Below, one piece after another: positions 16,582 through 27,081 of a stretch of 34,183 bases of DNA. A program made the position numbers and the translations under genes. Numbering within the stretch: the first letter of the stretch is position 1; each line of letters begins with the position of its first letter. The stretch is from a virus. Location: IMG/VR virus record IMGVR_UViG_3300045988_090145. One strand, 5' to 3'. The notes below the pieces were generated by a model. The model was not told the origin of the DNA, did no database searches, and was given only the letters and a program-made list of their open reading frames with translations.

Positions 16582-17751
16582 ATGCAAGGAAATGAATCAT
16601 ATCGTCAATACCTTCAGTACCACGCAAATAACCACCCGTCAGCAACCAAACGAGCAGAAGCTCAAGCCCTACTAAATGTTACTGGAGATGACGGTGGACT
16701 TAACGGCTACTTCCTAATGGGTAATGGCACTAATAATAGAGGTCAAACTGTCGGAGAGCAAAAGTCAAACGGTTACACTGCATCATCCCTCAACCGTTCA
16801 GTCAATCCATGGTGGATGAATTCATATGCTAACTGGCAACATAGTCAAAAACAGGGTGGCGCGAACCTCAACCTCGACCTCGGCGGAGGCAGAGGAGGCG
16901 GTGGCGGTGGCGGAATGGGCGGTGGTAACCGTGCCAGTGCCGCTCAGTTGGCAGAATATGACCAAGGTATTGGACAGCTAGAACACGGCTTAGGACGTAT
17001 AGATAATCAATTGGGTGTACGCCTAGGCAATATCAACAATCAGTACGCCACCAAAAAGAACGAATTAAAGAGTTCATGGAATAGGGCAGAAGGTCAATTC
17101 AACGACCAGACACGTCAAAATCAGCAACAGCGACGTACAAACATCAATAACATTAACGATCGCTCAGCAGTTGGCTTACGTGGCTTATTGCGCTCATTAG
17201 GAAGTATGGGTGCAGTAGGTTCAGACATGCAATTAGCAGGTCGCGCAGTTCAGAACCAAGCCAACCAGCAACGAACAGGTGCAGGACAGACTTACGCACA
17301 GAACCAAAAGCAAATCGACACCACATGGGGTCAGTTTAAGAATGATTACGCGGATGAAGACAAAAAGCTTAATGACTGGAAAGCAAACGAAGATAACGCC
17401 GCACGTCAGTCATCTCAAACTACACGCCAGAACCTACTAACCCAGTTGGCTCAGATGAAGAGCCAGAAAGCCGCCGCACAGGGCGCTAATGGTGCTAATG
17501 CCGCACGTGCAGACCTTGGACGAGCAAACGCTCTATCAAGCGAAATTGACAACCTAGGACGTCAGCAAAACACATACAGCGGTAATAAGGTCCAGTACAA
17601 CGCGAAAGACCTAGACAGCTACAAGGTAGAAGGTGATACAGCAGTTGGTGTTTCAGATCCACAAGCAGCAGGTAATGACCCAACACTAAACATCTACAAC
17701 ACACGTCTAAAACAAGAAGACGAGCGTAAACGTCAGAATCAATACCTGTAA
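16582..17751 (+). CDS. Gln/Asn/Gly-rich hypothetical protein (internal virion/ejection protein candidate).
   Basis: ATG after aaaaaggag. 389 aa with a GGGRGGGGGGGMGGG tract and QNQ-rich coiled-coil-like sequence. Sits directly upstream of the giant ORF. Confidence 0.55.
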   Translation: MQGNESYRQYLQYHANNHPSATKRAEAQALLNVTGDDGGLNGYFLMGNGTNNRGQTVGEQKSNGYTASSLNRSVNPWWMNSYANWQHSQKQGGANLNLDLGGGRGGGGGGGMGGGNRASAAQLAEYDQGIGQLEHGLGRIDNQLGVRLGNINNQYATKKNELKSSWNRAEGQFNDQTRQNQQQRRTNINNINDRSAVGLRGLLRSLGSMGAVGSDMQLAGRAVQNQANQQRTGAGQTYAQNQKQIDTTWGQFKNDYADEDKKLNDWKANEDNAARQSSQTTRQNLLTQLAQMKSQKAAAQGANGANAARADLGRANALSSEIDNLGRQQNTYSGNKVQYNAKDLDSYKVEGDTAVGVSDPQAAGNDPTLNIYNTRLKQEDERKRQNQYL

Positions 17752-17776
17752 ATAAATTAGGAGGGGATTAGAGATA

Positions 17777-20700
17777 ATGGACTTTTTCCAAAGAGTAGGC
17801 AACTTTTTTCAAGGAAAGGGCTGGGTAAGCGATGATGAACGTCGACGTAAAGAGCAACAAGTTCAAGCGCCAGTTCAACCACGCCCTCAGCCATTACAGC
17901 AAGTACAGCAACCTAACATTAACAGACTAAACGGTCTATCTGGTGTAAATACACCTGGGTTGGGTGGTGGTACTAATATATTCAGCCAAGCTCAGCAAAA
18001 AGTAAATCCTAATCCCCTTCAACAGGCTAATCAAGCAACACAACAGCTAAACCAAAATAATCAGCCAAAGCCATTAGTCCCAGAAAAGACTGTCAATGAC
18101 GCCCCTAAGGTACTAACCCCTCAAGGGCAACAAGATTGGGTAAACAAAGAAAACAAGCAGATCCAAATCCAGAATGTCATAAACAATCCTACTCAGGTAC
18201 TTAAAACTCAGGTCCAACAGCAACAACCAAAGCCAGCACCAGTAGCTATTCAACAACCCCAACAGCAGAATAGACCACAAATAGCCCCAAGTTTTGCTAA
18301 TCCTGGAAGAAATCCTTTATTTACCCAAAATCAGGACAGCTTAACCCGCGCCCTAGATATAGCAAAACAAGAGAGTGACAAATATAAGGCGGAGCAGGCA
18401 GCACGCAACGACAAACTAGACAACATTATGCGAGCAAGGGGTGTTAGCGAGCCAGAAATCGCTAAGAACCGCCAAGTACGTATTGACGCAGAGAACAGAG
18501 CTTATTTATCACAAGATAAGGCTAGACGCGATAGCAATATTGCACAGATGGCGGGACTGGCTACTTTACCAACGCGTTCAGTGGTTAGCTTCACTAAAGG
18601 TGCTATTGACGGTGCTGGTCGTACAGTTGGTGATTCAGGCGATAAACTATCTCTAGCTGTCGCAGACGCCATGTACGGCATTACTGGTGATGAATCATAT
18701 GACAAAATACGAAAATATATTGTAGAACAAGGTAGGCAACGTAACGCTCAATACGATCGAGACCTAGGCGTATTTAAGAAGAACGACACAGATGTTGCAA
18801 CAGCTTACGAGGCGGGTCAAAGCGCTCAAAGACTAGCTCAAGATATAGGTACAGGCGTAGCCACTGGCGGTACTATACCCGTAGCACGTCAGTTTGTAGA
18901 AAATGCGGCGGACTTTATTACTAACGCAAACGCTAAAGGTAAGAGCACACGTGAGATGTTGCCATATGCGTATGGTCACGCGGGAGTTCAGGCGTTAATA
19001 GAGAAGGCTGGGCTAGACAAGGTCTTATCGCCTATCGGCAAAAGAGGTCTGACTAAGTTTATAACAGGTGCTATAGCAGAAGGTTCGGAAGAAGCCGCCC
19101 AACAATTGGCAGAGAATGCAATTGCTAAGCATACATACGATCCTAACCGTAAATATGAAGAAGGCGTCCTTAAGAGCGGTCTTATGGGTGCGGTCCTTGG
19201 CGGTCCAGCTGGAATGGCTAATTTTGGTGCTATGCGACAGACTGGCAATCAACCATCGAGTGCAATGACTGCACGAATGAATCAAAATGAAGCTACTGGA
19301 AAACTAGAAAAAGAGGCTATAGCTCAACGTCAAGCACGTCAATCGTCGGACGACACCTCACTCAAACAAGCGGCAGAAGTAAATGTAGCTAATAATCAAA
19401 ACAATCAATTACATCCAATCCAATCAGTAAATGTAGCCCCAGCAGTAGAGAGTACTATACCTAACGCTAGCCCAGCACTAAAACAAGCCGTTACCCAGAA
19501 TATGTCAGATATTCAGCACGGTGATGTAAATGCTGTTGCCACACGCCAACAAACAACAGGAATACTAGAAAACTATCTGATAGAACAAGCTACAAAAGAC
19601 GTACAGAACTTAGTTAGCCCAGAAATGAAGTACAAGCTCAATCCAGAGCATGAAGCCCAGGTGATAGCTTATAACGAGCATATAACACGTTTACGACAAC
19701 GTGAAGAATACTTACGTGGTCAAGGAATGAGCGAAAATGCCCCAGCCATGATTAATCTACGTAAAGCTCAAGAGCAAGCTATATACGCCAGAGATCATAT
19801 CGGTGAAGTAGATGAGAACGGATTGAAGTATAAACTAAGCCCAGAACAAGAAACGTTCTTCAAGGACTCTAAGATCCGAGACGAAAATGGCAATCTTAAG
19901 ACTGTATACCACGGCACAGATGCAAAGTTTGATGTATTCAATCCAAACAATACATCATCTAATAAGTGGGGTGCTGGTAACTATTTAGCGTTTGATGAGA
20001 ACGCAGGCAAGAATTACGGTAAGAACGTAAAAGAGATGTATGCAAATATTACATCTCCAATTAGCGATAAACAAAAGACAATCTCCTTTGATCAGTATGA
20101 TGCCCTACATCGACGGGTAAATAACGGCGAGCCAGCATATCGTGAAGATTATGATATGTACGATAACGACATGGATTTGTTGTGGGATATTACTGACAAT
20201 GGGCAATGGAAAAAATATGCTCAAGATATCAAATACACCACTGGTAAAGATGGTTTGATTATGGATGATATGGCAATTACTTTTAGCCCAAATCAGACCA
20301 AATACACCAACAATCTCAACCCAACAGACAGCCCAGATATGCGGTTTAAGCGTCAGGCAGAGGCTAAAATACAGGAAATTCAACAATCAAAAGAGTTGCT
20401 AGCACGTCACCTACAACTGACAGGTGATGAGAACCTTGTATTCAATGAGTGGCAAAATGAAATGCAAAAAAGAGCATTGGGCTACTACGATCCAAAGACT
20501 GACACCATAAACCTAAACAAGCTTACAGAAGACACCCTAAACCACGAATTAGGACATAAATTACTTACACGTGTAGAAAATAAACAAGACCTATTAAACG
20601 CTATCCGTGAGTCTTATGGAGATGACTATTTAATAAACAAATATGGCAGTCAATATGGAAACGACTTGAACCTACTAGCAGAAGAGCAGCTAGCCGACGG

Positions 20701-23700
20701 ATTCAGTGATTACTACAATGGAAGACTAAATGGTGAAGATAAAGTGCGTCTAGGTACTAGATTAGGTATTCCTCAAAAAGTCTTAGCAATATATGACCGA
20801 ATTACTGAGGCTGTTATGGGGCTTGTTGGTAAACAAGACGCCATTAAACAATTCTACGCCCAAATGGAGACTGGGAAGTTCAGAACCAAACAACAAGTAC
20901 CTGGTGGTGATGGGCAGATTAGGACGATGAGTATTCAGCAAAGTAGAGACGGCACACCTGTTGTTGTGATAGAAAACGATATCCTTGCTGGCGTTCCCGC
21001 TAGAAATCGTGCACGAGTAATAAACGAATATTTCAAAGAAAACCTTCAAGGCAATAACTACGACCTGGACTACGGTAAGGACGGTACGGCTAGAATTAGC
21101 GCTAAGACACGTAATAAATACTTAGACCCGGGGCAGACTGTTGATGATCTGATTGCCAAGGGAAAGATGGCAGGTGAACTACCAGACATACTGCGTATTT
21201 CAAAGAAGGTAGGCTACGCCGCTGATACTAAAAATCATGGGTTCGCCGCCGAAGGATTCGAGTACAGACAAGCCATTGTAAAGATGGGCGAGAGTACATA
21301 TAAGGTCAGATTAAATGTTGGAATTAACAGTAAGGGAAAGCTTCTCTACGCCGTAAATGGCATAGAAAAAATCCCCGAATCCCATTACCGGGATTTAAGT
21401 GGGGATTCTTCTAGCTCTACTATATCAAATCAAAATGAGAATGTCAATACAGACAGCCGTTATCAACATCCTCTTCAAGAAACTATTAACGAAATGGAAG
21501 CCAACCCTAAGCCTAAGATGACTAGGGAATTAAGAGAGGCTATAGACGAGTTTATATATGAGAATATAGACCAGAATCTATTCCTAGAACATAATGACAC
21601 AAATATCCTCGGAAGTCATGGATTGACGTGGAGTATCCCACGCCTGCATGTAGACGACCTACGACACCACCTAGGAAAGGAGTTGGCTGGAGATCTACCG
21701 TCTAACTATAAACGCCGTACTGGTAAGCGAGATATCGATATAGTAGCTCAGGAGATGGGGTATGACGATATCGACGCATTTATCGATGAAATTAAGCGAG
21801 TAGCTGAAGCGCGACGCGCAGAAAGAGAGAGAAAGACCCTATTGGCAGAATGGCGTAGGGATCCAGATGTTATTCAAGAAGCTCAGAAGATGATTGCGGA
21901 GCGACACGCAGAAGAAGCTAAGGTAGAGGCTGAGAAGCAAAAGAAAATAGAAGAAGCGAAAGCGGAAGAAGAACGACGTACTGAAGAGGCTAAGGCAGAA
22001 AAAGAGAGAATTGAAAAGCAGCGGGCACTAGGAGAAATACTAAATAGAGGATTAGATGAAGGTCCAAGGCACAAAATAGCAGATATAGTACATAATGCTA
22101 GTGTAGCTACTGGTATTGATGAAAAAACCGTTGCAAAACAATTTGCTAAACTAGCCGAACAGAAAGGCTATGACATTACTGGAGAAAGGGCGCTACTAAA
22201 CACCAACGCCCGCGCTGGTAGTATGTTAGATGAAAATGGACGATTACGCCCAATAGACGAAATAGCACCAGAAGTAAAAGAAAAGATTAAACTACCTGGA
22301 GCGGAACACGCGGTCCCAGCACCTACAACTACTGCAAATACAGCTACCCACAATACACGACAGATGATTTATAAGGACGAGAAGGGTGCATACCATTCAT
22401 TCTATGAATACAGAAATATCTTTGGTAAATGGCAGCGAACAGGCGCCGAAGCACCAAAAGTAACTTCACCACTACAAAAGAAATTCATAGACGATATTAG
22501 ATCAGACAAGGCAGTCAATGATGAAGCTAAGCGTGCATTTGATGACGGTCTAGCCATTCAGTACATATGGAGAGAGAACTCTAAGGGTGTAAATGCTGAA
22601 CTAGTGAGTGCTTTTGATGGTTATATGCAAACTGGAGATAAAAAAGCATATCGTCCAAGTGATAAGCTAGTTACATTCGATCCAGACAAGCACTATATAG
22701 AATCTGGTAGAGTAGTGGACGCACAAACTGGTCAAATTCTAGGTAACTATATTGAAATGACCCCTGATGGCAACGTAACTATATATGCAGGTAAAAAGAA
22801 GATGAACCTGAATATGCACGATGTTGACTTCAGTAAAATCAAAGAAATGCGCTTTGGTGCAGGTCAAACATGGACTACTGAAGGAATAATAGACCGTATA
22901 ACAGGCTCATTGAGGCGAAGCAATAGCCTTGATTACTTTAAGAAGGGCGGCAATAAAACTAAAGAGGCGTTACTGAATATTATGTCTGAAACACCTCGTC
23001 AAGCTAATGCCGCCGCAGTAAAAGAAGGTAATGCTATCGGTAAACAGATAAAAGATTATCGCAAAAACTTGCTAAAACAAGCCAAAAAGCACGGTCCACT
23101 AAAGCGCCAAATGCTACAAGACGCCGTATATGTAATTGAACCATCACGTCCAAAACGTGGCGAAAAATCACCATCATACGATGAACGCTTGAAAGTATTT
23201 GAAGAAGTTTACGGAAAGAGTGCCGCCGAAGCTCTGGATCAATACAACAGCTTCTTACGTGCTGTATATAAGAACCTGCTAGCCCGCCAAAACGAAAAAA
23301 GGGTAGAGTTAGGTAAAGATCCAATTATGGAGCGTAAAGACTATATTACGCACCTAGGAGAAATGCAGTCTGGCAAGGGAGCTATCGCGGCTATGTATGG
23401 CGGTGCTAAGAACCTTCTGTCTGGCGGAGATGTGGCTATTGAATCTCGTCAATCACTACCAGCTAAATTAGCAGGTCGCACAGGACTATTCAAGCCAAGT
23501 CAAAAGTTTAATCAATTCGCTATGCAACGTGTAGGTGACGTAAAGCCAACAGATCCATTTACGCCACTAATGGAATACAGCAAGATAGCCCTACACAACA
23601 TTCATATGACAGATGCTATTACAATGAACCGCTCGCTGGAAGTAGCAGTGCGCGCAGCTAGCGAAGCACGACAAGAATTTGCAGGTAAGGGCACCAGTGG

Positions 23701-26308
23701 TATACAAAAGCTAGCTGACAGAGTAGACGCCCTGTATAATTCGGCTGCTTCTGGCAAGGTCAATGCTGAAGAGTTAACGCAAGTAAGAAATAAACTATAC
23801 GGATTAGAACGTGCAATTGGTCGAAAAATAGACGGTATACGAGAACTTAGTCGTCTAGTTAAAAAAGCTGACAAGTTTGGTGTAGATAAACTAGACGCAA
23901 AAGATATAAATGGTCTAAAAGAAACCACCAACAATATGTCTGAAAGTCTAGATAAGATGCTTAATGACGTAAACTTTATGAAGCTGATGTCTGATAGCGC
24001 AAACGGACTGACTCAATTTGTCGGATTTGTCCAAGAACATGCAAACCGACTGGCTGGGAAGACAGACCCATTCCAACGAGTCGTAAATGATACAGAACCA
24101 AGTAAAATACGAAAATTCGCAGATGCAACTGGTAGGGCGTTAATGAAGCAGGCGGCACTATCTAAGATTGTCGGCAATATGAATTCAGTGGTAGCTCAAA
24201 CAGCATCACTACCTGCCCTATTCTCTACAACCAGCCCTAAAGCATTGATACAGGCATTCAAGATAAAAAACCGCAAAGCCATACTGCAAAAGTCTGATGC
24301 TCTAGCCCTAAGGTATGCAGATGACAATCTGACGGATGACACCAAGTTTGAAAAAACTATGAAAACTGCTGGTATTCCTATGGAAGTAGTTGAAAGAGGC
24401 GTTATTGAATACACCTTCTTAGCTAAATACAATCAGGCAATCAATAATGGACTAAGCGACGCGGATGCAGTTAGATACGCAGAACGATTCATTAATGACA
24501 CGGTAACCTTACGCGATCAGATAAGCACCCCACGAGCATATAATAGGCTATGGTCTGCATCATTCTTACAGTTCACGCGAGAAGTGACACAACAGAACCG
24601 TTATGTATGGAACCAGATGTCTAATAAACAGAGGGTAGCACTCGCTGTTAATACGGCAATTGCATATAGTGCGATAGAAGCGCTAACTGGAAATAAGCCA
24701 GGGGTTGATCCATTAGGTACACTAATCGAGATTGTAGGTGACTGGTTGAGTGGTGGTGATGATGACGATAAAGACAATTCAGTGCAAGCTAAGCTAGAGC
24801 GTACAATCCAAAAAGTAGCTGGCCAGGCAATTACAGCTGCACCTATAGCTACAGCTATAGTTAATGCCGCAACAACAAAAGACGACCGCAAGAAGCTATT
24901 TGGTAAAGAGAGCAACTTAGGACGTTACGACGGTACAATACCAGTTGTTGATTTACCTCGTAAATTGATTGACACTAAGGGTAAATTGGATGAGGCAGCT
25001 AAAGCGCGTGAAGATGGTGATGACGATAAGGCAGAAGCAAAAACTAAAGACGCTATGTATAACATCCTAGGTCAATTACCAGCAGGTAGCCAATTAAAGA
25101 AAACTATTCAGGGTATTGCGGCAGCTCACTCTGGCGAAGTAAAAGACGGCAATGGCGAGACAAAGGTTGAGTTTGAAAAAGACAATCCATTCAATCTGGT
25201 CCAAGGCGCTCTATTCGGTAAAAATGCGCTAATACCAGTGCAAGTAGAAGAAGGAAAGAATTCGTGGGTCAATCTATTTAAGAAGGGTGGTCTAGTTGCT
25301 AACGCGTCTAATGGCCTACAAATAAATATGCCAACCAACAATAACCCGCAACAAAAACAAGCAACAGATAATCAGATAGACCTACAAGGGTTAAGTAAAA
25401 AAGAAGCCGCTTCAATTAAAAAGAAACTAAAGAAGGGCGACTATACATTCCAAGACGGATTGCTAGTAAACAAAAATGGTAACGTAGAAAAAGGTGTATA
25501 CAAAAAGCTTGCTCAATCTCAAGGACAAGGTGATGAAGCTTATCGCAACTGGATGAAGGCGTATGACATTGATAAAACGTCAACTATTAAAAAAGAGTTT
25601 ACTTCATTCAATGCAACATTAAATAAACTACAGAACGGTACAGAAAAGGTAGATAAAGCTAAAACTGCCGTCAATATGATGACTGGTAAATATAAAGACT
25701 TACCAGACTGGGTAAAAGAACGCTACTACAAAGAATCTGGATATACAAAGGATCAAATTGAGTACGGTGCTATGACATCTCATAACGAAGTAAGTCTGAT
25801 GGATAATTACTGGCGTCAAAAGGCTCAAGAATCATCACACGAGGATCTACTACAAGAACTAGCCAATGGCCGCCGAAAGAGTATTACAGGACAAATGTTT
25901 GCTAAGAATGGTGTAATCAACAAGCTGCGCGCTGAAGGTTACATCACTAAACAGGAAGCACGCGCCCTTAACGCTACTCAGTTTGATACCGACGGCAATA
26001 AGATAACCAAAGATACCTCAGGTGGCTCTGGACGCTCAGGTAGCGGAAGAGGTAGAGGACGAAGAGGTAGTAGCTCAAGCAGCGGCGGTAGCGCGTCTCC
26101 ACTATCTTCTGCAGTCACTAAGAGTATGGGTCTAACATCTTCTGCACCAAAAGCTAATGAATCATCCGCAAAAAACACAAGTATAAACCAAATCGGACAA
26201 AACCTAATAAGCAAGACTAATACTCAAAAACAGATAACTAATACATTAAAAAAGTGGAATGGTGCAAGCACCAGCAAAAACACGCGAATCCGCATTAAGA
26301 AAGCATAA
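17777..26308 (+). CDS. Giant 2843-aa polyvalent-type protein with a DT-like ADP-ribosyltransferase motif block and an HExxH zincin motif; probable injected virion protein.
   Basis: RBS attaggagggg. Q/P-rich N-terminal low complexity. VYHGTDAKFDVFNP...WGAGNYLAFDENAGKNYG resembles the diphtheria-toxin/ExoA YHGT...GNY NAD-binding motifs. LNHELGHKLL is an HExxH motif. EAK-rich coiled coil. C-terminal GGSGRSGSGRGRGRRGSSSSSGG tract. No internal stops over 8.5 kb. Confidence 0.75.
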   Translation: MDFFQRVGNFFQGKGWVSDDERRRKEQQVQAPVQPRPQPLQQVQQPNINRLNGLSGVNTPGLGGGTNIFSQAQQKVNPNPLQQANQATQQLNQNNQPKPLVPEKTVNDAPKVLTPQGQQDWVNKENKQIQIQNVINNPTQVLKTQVQQQQPKPAPVAIQQPQQQNRPQIAPSFANPGRNPLFTQNQDSLTRALDIAKQESDKYKAEQAARNDKLDNIMRARGVSEPEIAKNRQVRIDAENRAYLSQDKARRDSNIAQMAGLATLPTRSVVSFTKGAIDGAGRTVGDSGDKLSLAVADAMYGITGDESYDKIRKYIVEQGRQRNAQYDRDLGVFKKNDTDVATAYEAGQSAQRLAQDIGTGVATGGTIPVARQFVENAADFITNANAKGKSTREMLPYAYGHAGVQALIEKAGLDKVLSPIGKRGLTKFITGAIAEGSEEAAQQLAENAIAKHTYDPNRKYEEGVLKSGLMGAVLGGPAGMANFGAMRQTGNQPSSAMTARMNQNEATGKLEKEAIAQRQARQSSDDTSLKQAAEVNVANNQNNQLHPIQSVNVAPAVESTIPNASPALKQAVTQNMSDIQHGDVNAVATRQQTTGILENYLIEQATKDVQNLVSPEMKYKLNPEHEAQVIAYNEHITRLRQREEYLRGQGMSENAPAMINLRKAQEQAIYARDHIGEVDENGLKYKLSPEQETFFKDSKIRDENGNLKTVYHGTDAKFDVFNPNNTSSNKWGAGNYLAFDENAGKNYGKNVKEMYANITSPISDKQKTISFDQYDALHRRVNNGEPAYREDYDMYDNDMDLLWDITDNGQWKKYAQDIKYTTGKDGLIMDDMAITFSPNQTKYTNNLNPTDSPDMRFKRQAEAKIQEIQQSKELLARHLQLTGDENLVFNEWQNEMQKRALGYYDPKTDTINLNKLTEDTLNHELGHKLLTRVENKQDLLNAIRESYGDDYLINKYGSQYGNDLNLLAEEQLADGFSDYYNGRLNGEDKVRLGTRLGIPQKVLAIYDRITEAVMGLVGKQDAIKQFYAQMETGKFRTKQQVPGGDGQIRTMSIQQSRDGTPVVVIENDILAGVPARNRARVINEYFKENLQGNNYDLDYGKDGTARISAKTRNKYLDPGQTVDDLIAKGKMAGELPDILRISKKVGYAADTKNHGFAAEGFEYRQAIVKMGESTYKVRLNVGINSKGKLLYAVNGIEKIPESHYRDLSGDSSSSTISNQNENVNTDSRYQHPLQETINEMEANPKPKMTRELREAIDEFIYENIDQNLFLEHNDTNILGSHGLTWSIPRLHVDDLRHHLGKELAGDLPSNYKRRTGKRDIDIVAQEMGYDDIDAFIDEIKRVAEARRAERERKTLLAEWRRDPDVIQEAQKMIAERHAEEAKVEAEKQKKIEEAKAEEERRTEEAKAEKERIEKQRALGEILNRGLDEGPRHKIADIVHNASVATGIDEKTVAKQFAKLAEQKGYDITGERALLNTNARAGSMLDENGRLRPIDEIAPEVKEKIKLPGAEHAVPAPTTTANTATHNTRQMIYKDEKGAYHSFYEYRNIFGKWQRTGAEAPKVTSPLQKKFIDDIRSDKAVNDEAKRAFDDGLAIQYIWRENSKGVNAELVSAFDGYMQTGDKKAYRPSDKLVTFDPDKHYIESGRVVDAQTGQILGNYIEMTPDGNVTIYAGKKKMNLNMHDVDFSKIKEMRFGAGQTWTTEGIIDRITGSLRRSNSLDYFKKGGNKTKEALLNIMSETPRQANAAAVKEGNAIGKQIKDYRKNLLKQAKKHGPLKRQMLQDAVYVIEPSRPKRGEKSPSYDERLKVFEEVYGKSAAEALDQYNSFLRAVYKNLLARQNEKRVELGKDPIMERKDYITHLGEMQSGKGAIAAMYGGAKNLLSGGDVAIESRQSLPAKLAGRTGLFKPSQKFNQFAMQRVGDVKPTDPFTPLMEYSKIALHNIHMTDAITMNRSLEVAVRAASEARQEFAGKGTSGIQKLADRVDALYNSAASGKVNAEELTQVRNKLYGLERAIGRKIDGIRELSRLVKKADKFGVDKLDAKDINGLKETTNNMSESLDKMLNDVNFMKLMSDSANGLTQFVGFVQEHANRLAGKTDPFQRVVNDTEPSKIRKFADATGRALMKQAALSKIVGNMNSVVAQTASLPALFSTTSPKALIQAFKIKNRKAILQKSDALALRYADDNLTDDTKFEKTMKTAGIPMEVVERGVIEYTFLAKYNQAINNGLSDADAVRYAERFINDTVTLRDQISTPRAYNRLWSASFLQFTREVTQQNRYVWNQMSNKQRVALAVNTAIAYSAIEALTGNKPGVDPLGTLIEIVGDWLSGGDDDDKDNSVQAKLERTIQKVAGQAITAAPIATAIVNAATTKDDRKKLFGKESNLGRYDGTIPVVDLPRKLIDTKGKLDEAAKAREDGDDDKAEAKTKDAMYNILGQLPAGSQLKKTIQGIAAAHSGEVKDGNGETKVEFEKDNPFNLVQGALFGKNALIPVQVEEGKNSWVNLFKKGGLVANASNGLQINMPTNNNPQQKQATDNQIDLQGLSKKEAASIKKKLKKGDYTFQDGLLVNKNGNVEKGVYKKLAQSQGQGDEAYRNWMKAYDIDKTSTIKKEFTSFNATLNKLQNGTEKVDKAKTAVNMMTGKYKDLPDWVKERYYKESGYTKDQIEYGAMTSHNEVSLMDNYWRQKAQESSHEDLLQELANGRRKSITGQMFAKNGVINKLRAEGYITKQEARALNATQFDTDGNKITKDTSGGSGRSGSGRGRGRRGSSSSSGGSASPLSSAVTKSMGLTSSAPKANESSAKNTSINQIGQNLISKTNTQKQITNTLKKWNGASTSKNTRIRIKKA

Positions 26309-26355
26309 TAGTGATAATTATGATATAATATAAGCAGAAAACAGCGTGACCTAAA

Positions 26356-26400
26356 GAACACGGAGCGTCTGGCAATAATAAGCCGGCTCCGTGTTTTTAA
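26356..26400 (+). terminator. Rho-independent terminator after the giant gene.
   Basis: Stem gaacacggagc/gctccgtgttt followed by ttttaa. Confidence 0.65.
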
Positions 26401-26415
26401 TTTAGGAAAAACGCC

Positions 26416-27081
26416 ATGAACACTACGCAACTTATATCGGCAGTTATGCTGAAAGCTACTGGTAAGGTGCGCAACCTACCAGAAACAGACAAGAAATACC
26501 AGAAAATACTAGGTATTGCTAACATGTATATCCCTGTATGGCAAAGTGAACCTAATGTCGATTGGCAGTCTCTATATGACCCTAATTACAATATCGGAAC
26601 ACTATCGACGAATCAGGAATATGAAATTGACTTTACTAAGGTTGCTAAGGTAAGCAACGTATACGGCGACACTATAAAGGTCAAAAAAGACAATCAGATT
26701 AAAGAATACACTACAGTGCCACCAGAGCAAGCGGGAATGTATAAGGGGCAAGACTGCTGTACTATATCTGGAAATAAACTAGTATTTATCGATCCTATAC
26801 GAAGTGACGACCCAGTACTTGGAGGGCAAATAACAATACCTGTATATTTACGCGCCCCACTGCTAGCAAGCCCAAGCGATATGGTCCCAGTAGACAATCC
26901 AATGTGGCTAGTGGTGATGTGTGCGGCTGAATATGCTCGCAACGACATTCTTCTGCAGAACCAATATGGCAATCTCATCAATGAAGCCAACCAGCTAATG
27001 GAGAAAATGGTAGAGAATAATGCTAGCCAAGCTAGATATGCACCTCTAAGTATGATTCCAGGAGTGTCTGACGTATGCTAA
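26416..27081 (+). CDS. Tail protein (putative adaptor/tail tubular protein).
   Basis: 221-aa ORF, the first of three post-terminator structural genes. Overlaps the next gene (ATGCTAA). Confidence 0.45.
   Translation: MNTTQLISAVMLKATGKVRNLPETDKKYQKILGIANMYIPVWQSEPNVDWQSLYDPNYNIGTLSTNQEYEIDFTKVAKVSNVYGDTIKVKKDNQIKEYTTVPPEQAGMYKGQDCCTISGNKLVFIDPIRSDDPVLGGQITIPVYLRAPLLASPSDMVPVDNPMWLVVMCAAEYARNDILLQNQYGNLINEANQLMEKMVENNASQARYAPLSMIPGVSDVC

Noticed and set aside
18441-25341. Numerous 60-110-aa antisense and alternate-frame ORFs inside the giant gene (e.g. 18988..19248-, 23602..23934-, 24601..24915-).
   Set aside because: All lie fully within an 8.5-kb continuous ORF and lack start signals; they are frame shadows of the long coding sequence.
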